From a virus (Duplodnaviria; Caudoviricetes), in the IMG/VR virus record IMGVR_UViG_3300008459_000050, positions 1 to 57,915 of that record: 57,915 nucleotides of DNA. One strand, given 5' to 3'. Shown one piece after another: positions 1-7,661 of this stretch; within the stretch, counting starts at the first letter, position 1, and each line of letters opens with the position of its first letter. A model generated the notes under the pieces. That model worked only from the letters and a program-made list of their open reading frames with translations. It was not told where the DNA came from and did no database searches. The translations under genes were made by a program, and so were the position numbers.

Positions 1-11
1 AAATTTGACAT
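1..11 (-). CDS. 5' end of a gene running off the window (MSN...); possibly prohead scaffold/core protein
   Basis: ATG at 11 preceded by AGGAGAG SD and an ACTACTTA motif at 54-61; product guessed only from gene order after the prohead protease. Confidence 0.4.
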
Positions 12-84
12 AAAAACTCTCCTGTTAACAGGGAATGTAAATACTTTTTCTTATAAGTAGTGATTTAACGAATGAATTGACAAA

Positions 85-396
85 TTATTGTGTTTTTTCA
101 GTTCGTTGATGTTTATTTACATTCTTTTTCTTCTTTTTTGGTGCATCTTCACGCTCAGAATGGACTTCAACGTTATGTTTTTGAGCGTTACGACGGTATT
201 TCATTCTTTTTTGACGTTCTACAACAGACTTTTTAGTGAATCGTCTGGTATATGAGCATTTTTCATATAGATATTGAACCAATGATTCTTTGCTGCATAG
301 TTTTAGAAACTTACGAATTAGTTCGTTAGTTGTTTCATCTGTAGGACGAACGTAATCTGGTAGTTTTACTTCTAGGTGTGCTGCTTTCTTACTCAT
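85..396 (-). CDS. rpsU: Divergent ribosomal protein bS21-like protein
   Basis: NELIRKFLKLCSKESLV..Y.....RRFTKKSVVERQKRMKYRR matches the bS21 pattern (ALRRFKR..EK.G...E.....YEKPS..RKRK); basic; located among head genes like known phage bS21. Confidence 0.65.
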   Translation of the reverse strand: MSKKAAHLEVKLPDYVRPTDETTNELIRKFLKLCSKESLVQYLYEKCSYTRRFTKKSVVERQKRMKYRRNAQKHNVEVHSEREDAPKKKKKNVNKHQRTEKTQ

Positions 397-847
397 CTGA
401 CATCTTCTTTCCGCCTTTGCTTAAGGCATTGTTATAAAAATTCCATGATTTCTTGTTAGCATTCATTAAACGTGAAATATCAACACCAGCACCGCTGATT
501 CCTGCCATTAAATTACCTGTTGAATTGGATGAACCATGCACTTCTGGTGGATTAGAGTCCATAATTGGAGATGTTCCAGCAAATGGATCAAATCCTGAAG
601 CACCGATTTCTTTTAACGTCTTCTCTTGGTGTTCACGTAATTTACGCTTTTTTTCTTCTAGTGATTCATCTTGCTGAACTAGTTGTTTTTTGACTGGTGA
701 TGGTTGTTGAAAAACCTGTTTAGCTGATTGTGTTGTTGTGTTTTCTTTGATCAAACTGATTAAACCTTGCTCAACAAGAATTTCTGTTAGACATTCCCTG
801 ATGAGAGGTTTAATAATTTTTTTCATTTCTTGCACGTTATTACTCAT
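389..847 (-). CDS. Hypothetical head-module protein
   Basis: 152-aa ORF overlapping the next gene; KKIIKPLIRECLTEIL/LIKE motifs. Confidence 0.75.
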   Translation of the reverse strand: MSNNVQEMKKIIKPLIRECLTEILVEQGLISLIKENTTTQSAKQVFQQPSPVKKQLVQQDESLEEKKRKLREHQEKTLKEIGASGFDPFAGTSPIMDSNPPEVHGSSNSTGNLMAGISGAGVDISRLMNANKKSWNFYNNALSKGGKKMSDE

Positions 848-855
848 AGAAACCT

Positions 856-1908
856 CTATTTCTTTATTATATCATTAAGTAGTCTATTTAGTCGATCTGC
901 TTTAGAAAAAATTTGTTCTTCTTTACGAATTTTTCCTTCACTCATCATAAATGCACCGGGGGTTGAAGGTTCTTGAACGAAATCAAAACAAATTAATTGA
1001 AAATCATCTTCAACAATTGTTCTACCACCCTCTTTACGAGTTGATCCAAGACCACGTGAAGAAATTCCTAGTTTAACACCTGATTGAACAAGTGAACGAA
1101 TAATATTTCCAGACGGGGTTGGTAGAACTTTGATTTTACCCATTAGAGAGTTACCATCCCACCATATTTTTGTTACCATGTGTGAGACGTTTTTTAAATT
1201 GACAACTGAATCGTCTGGGTGATCGCAATTTTTAGTCCAAGCAATTTTTCCATTTCTACGCATTAACCATGTTCCGTTTTGTACATTTACACAATATACT
1301 TTACCATCGTGCTGGACTTCTTCAATTTTAACAGTAGATAAACAAATATGTTCATAAGAATAATTAATTATTGTAATATTGCTGCGATCTAATTGTATAA
1401 ATTGTTTTGCATACATAGAAAATAATTGATTGTCGCCATCACACAGTAACATGTTGTGATTTGGTGTTAACATCATATCAATTTCTGGGCCGGTTATATT
1501 GTACATAATCCCATTATAATCAAGAACAATTTTTTTATTTATCGCTTGTACTTCAGTAGCTCTTGTTTCTTCATTAAGTGTGATAATTTTTTCATCATCT
1601 GATATATCTTTGATGAATTTCCATCCATCAGCAGTAAATATCTCAGTGTGTTCATCGACACATTCTCCTAGTGCACGATTTTCATTGACAATTTTTTCAT
1701 AATTCTTCATTTCTCTTTCAAGAATCTCTTTTGAGTAGACTCTACCATTACCATTTTCTTTATTGGCCTCTTGTAGCTTTCCAGTTACAATTAGACCGCC
1801 TTCTTTCATATATCGTTTATCTTCTTCTGTCAGAAGATCAACACAAACATTTCCTGGGCATATTTCATAAAATTCACTTAATAGTTGTTTGCTCATTTCC
1901 ATTCCCAC
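856..1908 (-). CDS. gp21: Prohead protease (T4 gp21-like) containing a mini-intein
   Basis: NGNGRVY, RALGE/[C]DHP, NVSH, LPTPSG, LGISSRGLGS, FDFVQEPSTPGA motifs; start may be at 1896. Confidence 0.95.
   Translation of the reverse strand: MGMEMSKQLLSEFYEICPGNVCVDLLTEEDKRYMKEGGLIVTGKLQEANKENGNGRVYSKEILEREMKNYEKIVNENRALGECVDEHTEIFTADGWKFIKDISDDEKIITLNEETRATEVQAINKKIVLDYNGIMYNITGPEIDMMLTPNHNMLLCDGDNQLFSMYAKQFIQLDRSNITIINYSYEHICLSTVKIEEVQHDGKVYCVNVQNGTWLMRRNGKIAWTKNCDHPDDSVVNLKNVSHMVTKIWWDGNSLMGKIKVLPTPSGNIIRSLVQSGVKLGISSRGLGSTRKEGGRTIVEDDFQLICFDFVQEPSTPGAFMMSEGKIRKEEQIFSKADRLNRLLNDIIKK
1228..1662 (-). mobile_element. Mini-intein (145 aa, no endonuclease) in the prohead protease
   Basis: Starts CVDEHTEIFTADGWK; block B LTPNHNML; block F/G VYCVNVQNGTWLMRRNGKIAWTKN|C; removal restores RALGE-CDHP. 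Confidence 0.92.
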
Positions 1909-1911
1909 TCT

Positions 1912-1958
1912 AAAAAAAGTTATAGCCCGAGGGATTATTTATTCTCCCAAGGGCTATA
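1912..1958 (-). terminator. Intrinsic terminator
   Basis: TATAGCCC/GGGCTATA stem extended by GGGA/TCCC, followed after 3 nt by T7 on the minus strand. Confidence 0.8.
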
Positions 1959-1959
1959 G

Positions 1960-2037
1960 TTAGTTACCTTTACAACAGCGCCTTACAGGTTGATTCATGT
2001 ATCGACGGATGTAAACAATATCTTGTTGTTTACGCAT
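1960..2037 (-). CDS. Small peptide MRKQQDIVYIRRYMNQPVRRCCKGN (25 aa), not in the ORF track
   Basis: GGAGGTG SD at 2048-2054, ATG at 2037, TAA at 1960-1962; ACTATTTATA upstream and terminator downstream. Confidence 0.7.
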   Translation of the reverse strand: MRKQQDIVYIRRYMNQPVRRCCKGN

Positions 2038-2062
2038 GTGATATAATCACCTCCATTCAGTA

Positions 2063-2070
2063 TAAATAGT
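2063..2070 (-). promoter_or_regulatory. Putative late promoter ACTATTTA
   Basis: Recurrent ACTANTTA motif 25-50 nt upstream of start codons (also at 54-61, 876-883, 4106-4113, 23904-23911, 30027-30034). Confidence 0.6.
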
Positions 2071-2073
2071 GAA

Positions 2074-2340
2074 TCAGTCATGTTTGTTCACTTTTATTGT
2101 AATTCCGTCATCATCAACCAGCTTGCTAAGTAAATAGGATGTCCCTGATGAAATACACCCAGAAAGGAACAAATTAAAAGGTAAATCTAACATAAAACTA
2201 TTAAAAACACCTACTAGAAATCCTAAACACATAGTACAGTGGAAATAATGATGTTTTGGTCTTATACTGTCAAATATCTTACCATAAGCCAATATCATCG
2301 TTAAACCATAAGATGCTAGGATAAATATAAATAAATTCAT
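2074..2340 (-). CDS. Small membrane protein with CxxC (DUF1360-like)
   Basis: Hydrophobic helices; FHCTMCLGF motif. Confidence 0.65.
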   Translation of the reverse strand: MNLFIFILASYGLTMILAYGKIFDSIRPKHHYFHCTMCLGFLVGVFNSFMLDLPFNLFLSGCISSGTSYLLSKLVDDDGITIKVNKHD

Positions 2341-2343
2341 TTT

Positions 2344-2970
2344 TTAACCTTCACCTACTCCTGATACTTTTGAAGCTGGGAATTTAGAAACACCGGATTT
2401 ACGTTGTTTTTGGAATATATTTGGATTTTTTCTATATTGGCTATAATTTGAATAAATTTCTACATCTTCAAGATCGTTCATTAGATCAGTAAAGATGTTA
2501 AACAAACCTTTATAACCAAGAGTTGATGCATATTTTTTCATAATATTTTCATATTGTTTCTTGATTGGTTTTAAATCACTGATGGCCCTTGAGGCTGTTT
2601 TCATTACTGTTGATTCGCCTGGTTCTTCCATTGCTTTAATAGCAGCAGCAACTTCTTCTTCACTTGCTTTTTTATCTGACATTTCTTGACCGTATTTTTC
2701 CTTGGCTGCTTTAAACCCAGATCCAATACCGGCTTTTAATTTTGCTAGTGTTCCAGAGGCTTCACGGCTTGTCATTGCTTCTGGGTCTTCTACGTATTTT
2801 TCTTTAGCAGCCTTTTCAGCTTCCTCGCCAGCTTCCTTACCTCGTTTGAAACCGTATTTTAAACTTTTAGCTAATTCTTTCCAGCCTTCTTGTTGAAGAT
2901 CGGATTCCGTTAGTGTTTTTTCTAGTTCTTCCTTGATTATTTGTTGAACATAACCTTTTGTGACTTTCAT
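2344..2970 (-). CDS. Hypothetical protein, possible internal head protein
   Basis: Likely start MKVTKGYVQQIIKEEL at 2970 (ATGA overlap with the upstream stop); LTE/IKE motifs. Confidence 0.7.
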   Translation of the reverse strand: MKVTKGYVQQIIKEELEKTLTESDLQQEGWKELAKSLKYGFKRGKEAGEEAEKAAKEKYVEDPEAMTSREASGTLAKLKAGIGSGFKAAKEKYGQEMSDKKASEEEVAAAIKAMEEPGESTVMKTASRAISDLKPIKKQYENIMKKYASTLGYKGLFNIFTDLMNDLEDVEIYSNYSQYRKNPNIFQKQRKSGVSKFPASKVSGVGEG

Positions 2971-4055
2971 AAATTTTCCTCTACTATCCAAAGTTTATTT
3001 TTAATAATCTTTCTTACGGTTACTGGAGATAGATTATGGTTTTCTCCTATTTGTATATAGGCTTGTTCTTTACCAATTGTGTTAATTTTATTTTTAAAAT
3101 CTTCTCTAATCTGCTGGGCAATATCCATATTGATACGAACTGGTTTTTTATGTGGTTTTCTATTATCTATAATCCATTGTTTATATACTGGGTCTTCCCA
3201 AGTTTCATTACGAATAACTTTACCTACTCCAGAAACAGATAAACCATATTTTTGTGAGAGTTGCTCAAAATCATACTTATCTGTTTTATAGTCTTCACGT
3301 ATTTTTTGAACTGTTTCTAAATTGAGGATTTTGATACCTTGTTCTAGAATTTTTAAAGCAGGAAGTTCGTTGTAAAGTTTATCTTTCCATGTAATATTTT
3401 TTAACATATCACATATAGTTGATTTATTCATACCATATTTTTCTGATACATCTTTAACTGTAATAATTCCTTGACAAAATTCTTTGCGTATTTGTCTTAC
3501 TTGTTCCCAATTTAATTTGGCTAATGGGGCATTTTCACCTGAAAGAGATAAACTATTTTTTAATTTTTCTTCTTCAGTACACGGACGACCATAATGCCAA
3601 TGATTTACACCACTATGAGATTCCGAAATTCTTCTTTTGTGTTCATCAGTGAGATGTCTGCCCCAATTAGGATTGTTTGGACCAGTATTTAGTTCTCTTA
3701 GTTTTTGTTTTGTTTCTTCTGATACTGCAACACCTCTTCTTGTAGACTCTGCACACAATGATGTGTTAAATAATTTACCTGTTGGACCATATGTGTCAAA
3801 ATACCACTGTTCTCTTTCGTTTAATTGTTCTGGGTTGCAAGTTTCCACTAACAAAAACTCAAACTCAGATTCACCATATAAATTCCATGCGTTTTGTAAG
3901 TGAACACAATGATGTTTATTTTTTGAAACGTGTCTTAATTGTTTTTTATGATCAATAACTCTTTTGTTATAATCGCTTGTTTGACCATAATAACTTTTAT
4001 CATTTGCCTTACAATAGATCCTATAAATTCCACTGATTTTTTCTCTATTTTTCAT
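2967..4055 (-). CDS. Free-standing GIY-YIG homing endonuclease with NUMOD3 and HTH repeats
   Basis: SGIYRI...SYYGQT..R...H; NUMOD3-like SEETKQKL and TDEHKRRIS; three HTH-like repeats (V..IR...KYG.S......I.N.TW); AGGAG SD before ATG 4055. Confidence 0.92.
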   Translation of the reverse strand: MKNREKISGIYRIYCKANDKSYYGQTSDYNKRVIDHKKQLRHVSKNKHHCVHLQNAWNLYGESEFEFLLVETCNPEQLNEREQWYFDTYGPTGKLFNTSLCAESTRRGVAVSEETKQKLRELNTGPNNPNWGRHLTDEHKRRISESHSGVNHWHYGRPCTEEEKLKNSLSLSGENAPLAKLNWEQVRQIRKEFCQGIITVKDVSEKYGMNKSTICDMLKNITWKDKLYNELPALKILEQGIKILNLETVQKIREDYKTDKYDFEQLSQKYGLSVSGVGKVIRNETWEDPVYKQWIIDNRKPHKKPVRINMDIAQQIREDFKNKINTIGKEQAYIQIGENHNLSPVTVRKIIKNKLWIVEENL

Positions 4056-4132
4056 CACTTTACTCCTTTGCAAATATCATACTGTACTTGCCTTTGGTTG
4101 TAAAGTAAATAGTATAGTATATCGTTAAAAGC

Positions 4133-4657
4133 TTAATAATTATATCTATAAATTCCTCTAGTGGGAAACCCATATCGGTTGATACTACCTTTAAACTCCT
4201 CTTGTGGAACTTCACCAAGTTCAGTAGAATCTTCAACGCTTGGTTCTAGCAGAGCTTTTTCCATTTTTTCTTCAAATTCTTTTTCACTAGCAACAATTGG
4301 ACGTTCATCTTCAATAAAGTTTGCTAGATTCATGACAACAACTTGAAGAACATCTTCTCCACCGGGAGATTGTTGTGGATAAGCGCCCTGTAGTGATCCA
4401 TAAACATTTCCAGATGTTACAGAGTCTGGGAGTACAATACCACGCTTTACCATATAATTAAAAAGTTTCTCTTGTATATTATAAACTTGATCACTTTGAT
4501 CCTCTTTAGCCATTGCAAGGATTTTATATTTGCTTGGCATGACAACAATGTCAAGATCTGGGTGTTCTGTTAGCATATAATCTCCAGAGAGAGTTTTTTT
4601 GATCATTAACTCTTTTTGAAGACCGGTGGTTTTATCTTTGATGGTTATTTTTAACAT
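4133..4657 (-). CDS. Hypothetical protein
   Basis: 174-aa ORF with AAGG SD; N-terminal MLKITIK. Confidence 0.75.
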   Translation of the reverse strand: MLKITIKDKTTGLQKELMIKKTLSGDYMLTEHPDLDIVVMPSKYKILAMAKEDQSDQVYNIQEKLFNYMVKRGIVLPDSVTSGNVYGSLQGAYPQQSPGGEDVLQVVVMNLANFIEDERPIVASEKEFEEKMEKALLEPSVEDSTELGEVPQEEFKGSINRYGFPTRGIYRYNY

Positions 4658-4718
4658 TGTGTTACCTTAAAAGTTTGAATACTTTGTTGTCTTTGTTAAA
4701 TAGAAACACTTTTGATTC

Positions 4719-4803
4719 GTTTGTTAGTTCTTGTGGTAGCGGAGCGGACTGTAAATCCGTTGTCTTATGGACTCCGTAGGCGCGACTCCTTCATCTCCCA
4801 CCA
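4719..4803 (+). pseudogene. Degenerate tRNA-Tyr(GTA)
   Basis: Anticodon arm GCGGA-CTGTAAA-TCCGT; long variable arm GTC-TTATG-GAC; damaged T arm GTAGG-CGCGACT-CCTTC; 3' ATCTCCC-A-CCA; the expected 5' GGGAGAT acceptor strand is absent. Confidence 0.8.
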
Positions 4804-4804
4804 T

Positions 4805-6847
4805 TTATCTTAGTATCCTATAAATTTTGTGTTCGGCGTCGAATCTAAATAGTTTAGATTCGTACATAGCTTTTCTTTTCTCTATATACTTTTTAAAACT
4901 TAGTGAATTTATTTCACGATCATTTTCCCATTTCTCAATTAACCTACCAGCAAGTCTTCCTGGTAGGTTGCGATGTTGGTTCTCAGACTCAAATAATAGT
5001 TCTAGTATCTGTGATATTTTTTGTTTTGGTAATGAATCCGAAAGGCACACACTGTACATTGCATTTGCTAATGATTGTGCCATTGTAGTAGTTGTAGTTC
5101 TTTTGACAAATTTAATAATCTCATCAGCAACTTTTTCTTGATATTTTGGACTTAGATTGTTAATATTATGATGATAAGCATATGTAACAACATCGCTTCT
5201 ATTTCTGCTATTGTCTAAGGCTTCCTCATATTTATCTACTGATATGTTATTTGTTTTTAAAATCATTGAGTATAGGTCGTCTAGTTTTGCACCATATCTC
5301 TCGCTTGATTTATATTTATCAAGAACAAATTCAAATATTTTGTCGGCGTATTTTTTTGCTCTTGGTATCTTTTTCGCAACACCATATGTTGTATTCATAA
5401 TTTGATGAACTATACCAAGGGAATAAGAATTGTCATGTATAATATTGTAAAGGAATTTTAGAGAGCTTGGATGGTTGTTAAACACAGCAGCTTTTGTAAT
5501 GCTTTCAACCGCACTATTTAATTTTATAATTTGGTCTTGATCTGGTGAATATGGATCTAGATCCCTTCTTTGAGATTGAAATTCATCAAATAATTCATTA
5601 AGATATTCTGGTCTGTCGTTATAAACTGCTTGTTCGGAATATTCAAATAACCTTGAAAAGAAGTTTTCATCCTCTAATTCATATCTATCCTTATCCTTTA
5701 AACTTACAGTTATTTGTCTAAATGTTTTTGGAGCCTCTCGCAACCACTCTGGATTACGCAATAGGTCAATCGTTGGTTCGCGTAATTGTGGTATATCGTC
5801 AACATAGTCATCTTTTATAATTTGACCTATTCTGTATTTTGCTAGAATGTTATCAACCGCTGCCACCTTTTTAACAAAAAGAATCATGTGACGTAATGCA
5901 TTTTTTCTTGCGCTTGATGGCTTAGTTTTATCCGAATATATTTCTTCCCATTCCTCAAAATAATCTTGAACCTCTGTTTGTACGTCGACAAATTTTGAAT
6001 CGTCAGCTTCTGGTATCTCTACATTTACTTGATCGTAAACTGGAAGTTCTTTTATCATCCTCATTAATCTCATGAAGAATGTATTGTATTTTTCTAGTGT
6101 TGTTGATTGCACACCAACACCAGCCTCATCTTTCATTTTTTGATAGAATCGCTCTTCATTAGCTTTGCCAATTAAAGCTTGTACCCCTTCCCTTGTTACT
6201 TTATCATTATTTGCATTATAAATTTCTGTCTTATCTATATCTATTTTATTTATAACATATGCAAACATACTGCTTGGATCTTTTACAGGCTTTGAATAAT
6301 CCATGATTACATAGAAAAATAATCCACTTCTAGAGTACTGTCTATAGTAGTTTTTTGACTTTGTTGCAGCGATACACCAGCGAGAGTTTCTTCCAGTTTG
6401 ACAAGAAGCATAAACATTTAATGGACGTATAACTTCAAAACGGTTTGAGGTTTGCTCTCTTGATACGATTATTTTTTGACCCTCCCGTTCAAGTTCTTTT
6501 ATTGATTTTTCGTAATCATCTACTACATCTTTTAATTCTTCAAAAGAATTTATGCTGTTTATGTCTTTTAGTGGATTGCCTGATTCTATATTTTTTTGAA
6601 ACATATCGTAGTAAGAGATAGCAAGAATCATTGCATCAACGTCGTCTGCTTCTTCTAGATGCTTTAACATCCATAGGATGTATTTGTTGTCTGCTATTGG
6701 ATTGCTTAGGAAAACTTGCAGAGCTTGTTCGTATTTTTGTTTTTTGTCACCGGCTTCTGGGGGTATTTTGTTGACAAATGCAATTGCATCGTCTTTTCGT
6801 CCCTCATCTAATTCTGTTACGCCTGATAAAATCTTAACCTTAAACAT
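4805..6847 (-). CDS. Hypothetical protein with a PcfJ-like 'WC' domain and helical C-terminus
   Basis: ASCQTGRNSRWCIAA...YY.QY...FYVI motif; likely start MFKVKIL at 6847. Confidence 0.65.
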   Translation of the reverse strand: MFKVKILSGVTELDEGRKDDAIAFVNKIPPEAGDKKQKYEQALQVFLSNPIADNKYILWMLKHLEEADDVDAMILAISYYDMFQKNIESGNPLKDINSINSFEELKDVVDDYEKSIKELEREGQKIIVSREQTSNRFEVIRPLNVYASCQTGRNSRWCIAATKSKNYYRQYSRSGLFFYVIMDYSKPVKDPSSMFAYVINKIDIDKTEIYNANNDKVTREGVQALIGKANEERFYQKMKDEAGVGVQSTTLEKYNTFFMRLMRMIKELPVYDQVNVEIPEADDSKFVDVQTEVQDYFEEWEEIYSDKTKPSSARKNALRHMILFVKKVAAVDNILAKYRIGQIIKDDYVDDIPQLREPTIDLLRNPEWLREAPKTFRQITVSLKDKDRYELEDENFFSRLFEYSEQAVYNDRPEYLNELFDEFQSQRRDLDPYSPDQDQIIKLNSAVESITKAAVFNNHPSSLKFLYNIIHDNSYSLGIVHQIMNTTYGVAKKIPRAKKYADKIFEFVLDKYKSSERYGAKLDDLYSMILKTNNISVDKYEEALDNSRNRSDVVTYAYHHNINNLSPKYQEKVADEIIKFVKRTTTTTMAQSLANAMYSVCLSDSLPKQKISQILELLFESENQHRNLPGRLAGRLIEKWENDREINSLSFKKYIEKRKAMYESKLFRFDAEHKIYRILR

Positions 6848-6848
6848 C

Positions 6849-7661
6849 TTACTTTCCCACCTCGTGAACAAATTGTTGAATCTTTAGGATTTTCTGGAGC
6901 ATATCGTGATTAATGTCTTTTATATTCTTGAATGTCTCAAGGAAATCAAAAGTTTGCTTTGTTTTTTCTTTCATACTGTCATCACTTTTGATTTCTTCGC
7001 TCTCAAGACTCTTTAGGACATTTTCTTTTAATCTACCAATTTCTTCATTTAGATAAACTTTAAATTCAACAAGATTATCTGAGAAGGAGCTAACATATCT
7101 GTTTAATAGTTCTTTTTGTTCTGTTAATAAACTTCCATATCTTTCGTTGAATTTCTTGCTGAATGTTTTAAAAAGAACTGTATCAATAGTTTGTAGATTT
7201 TCTTTTTTGTTTTCATTTACAATCTTGATCTTGTCAAGGATAACTTTTTCTAGTAGGATTTTTTCTTTAACTTTTGTTGATGGGTTAAAGATTTGTGAAA
7301 TTGTTGCAAGGTCTTTATAGTTAGGAATAAATGTATTATAAACTTTTGTTCCTAGCTGTTTGTTAATTTTGTTAATAAGAACAGATTGCTCATTGAACAG
7401 GGCAGTTTTATTTAAATTATTATAACGACGCTCAACTTCTCTTAGATATCGTTCAGCGTGTTCTTCTTCGACTGAGCGGTCGTTTAATGAACGATATAAT
7501 TCTAGTTCCTTGTTCATTTCACATTTTGGATTGAAATGCTGGAATATCAGGTCACGAACAATCTTTGCTTTGTTTAAATCTTTTTGAAGAGCCGCACGTG
7601 TTCCTTCACGTAGGAGAACTTCATAAAGAAACGCGGTATTTCGTTTCTTATTGTGATTCAT
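6849..7661 (-). CDS. Hypothetical protein downstream of the portal
   Basis: 270 aa, HNKKRNTAFLYE N-terminus; overlaps the portal stop. Confidence 0.8.
   Translation of the reverse strand: MNHNKKRNTAFLYEVLLREGTRAALQKDLNKAKIVRDLIFQHFNPKCEMNKELELYRSLNDRSVEEEHAERYLREVERRYNNLNKTALFNEQSVLINKINKQLGTKVYNTFIPNYKDLATISQIFNPSTKVKEKILLEKVILDKIKIVNENKKENLQTIDTVLFKTFSKKFNERYGSLLTEQKELLNRYVSSFSDNLVEFKVYLNEEIGRLKENVLKSLESEEIKSDDSMKEKTKQTFDFLETFKNIKDINHDMLQKILKIQQFVHEVGK

Noticed and set aside
21-32. Palindrome CCTGTTAACAGG overlapping the SD of the edge gene
   Set aside because: Only a 4-bp stem; too weak to call translational control
2061-2068. T4 late promoter TATAAATA on the plus strand
   Set aside because: Faces away from all genes; better explained as the complement of the minus-strand ACTATTTATA motif
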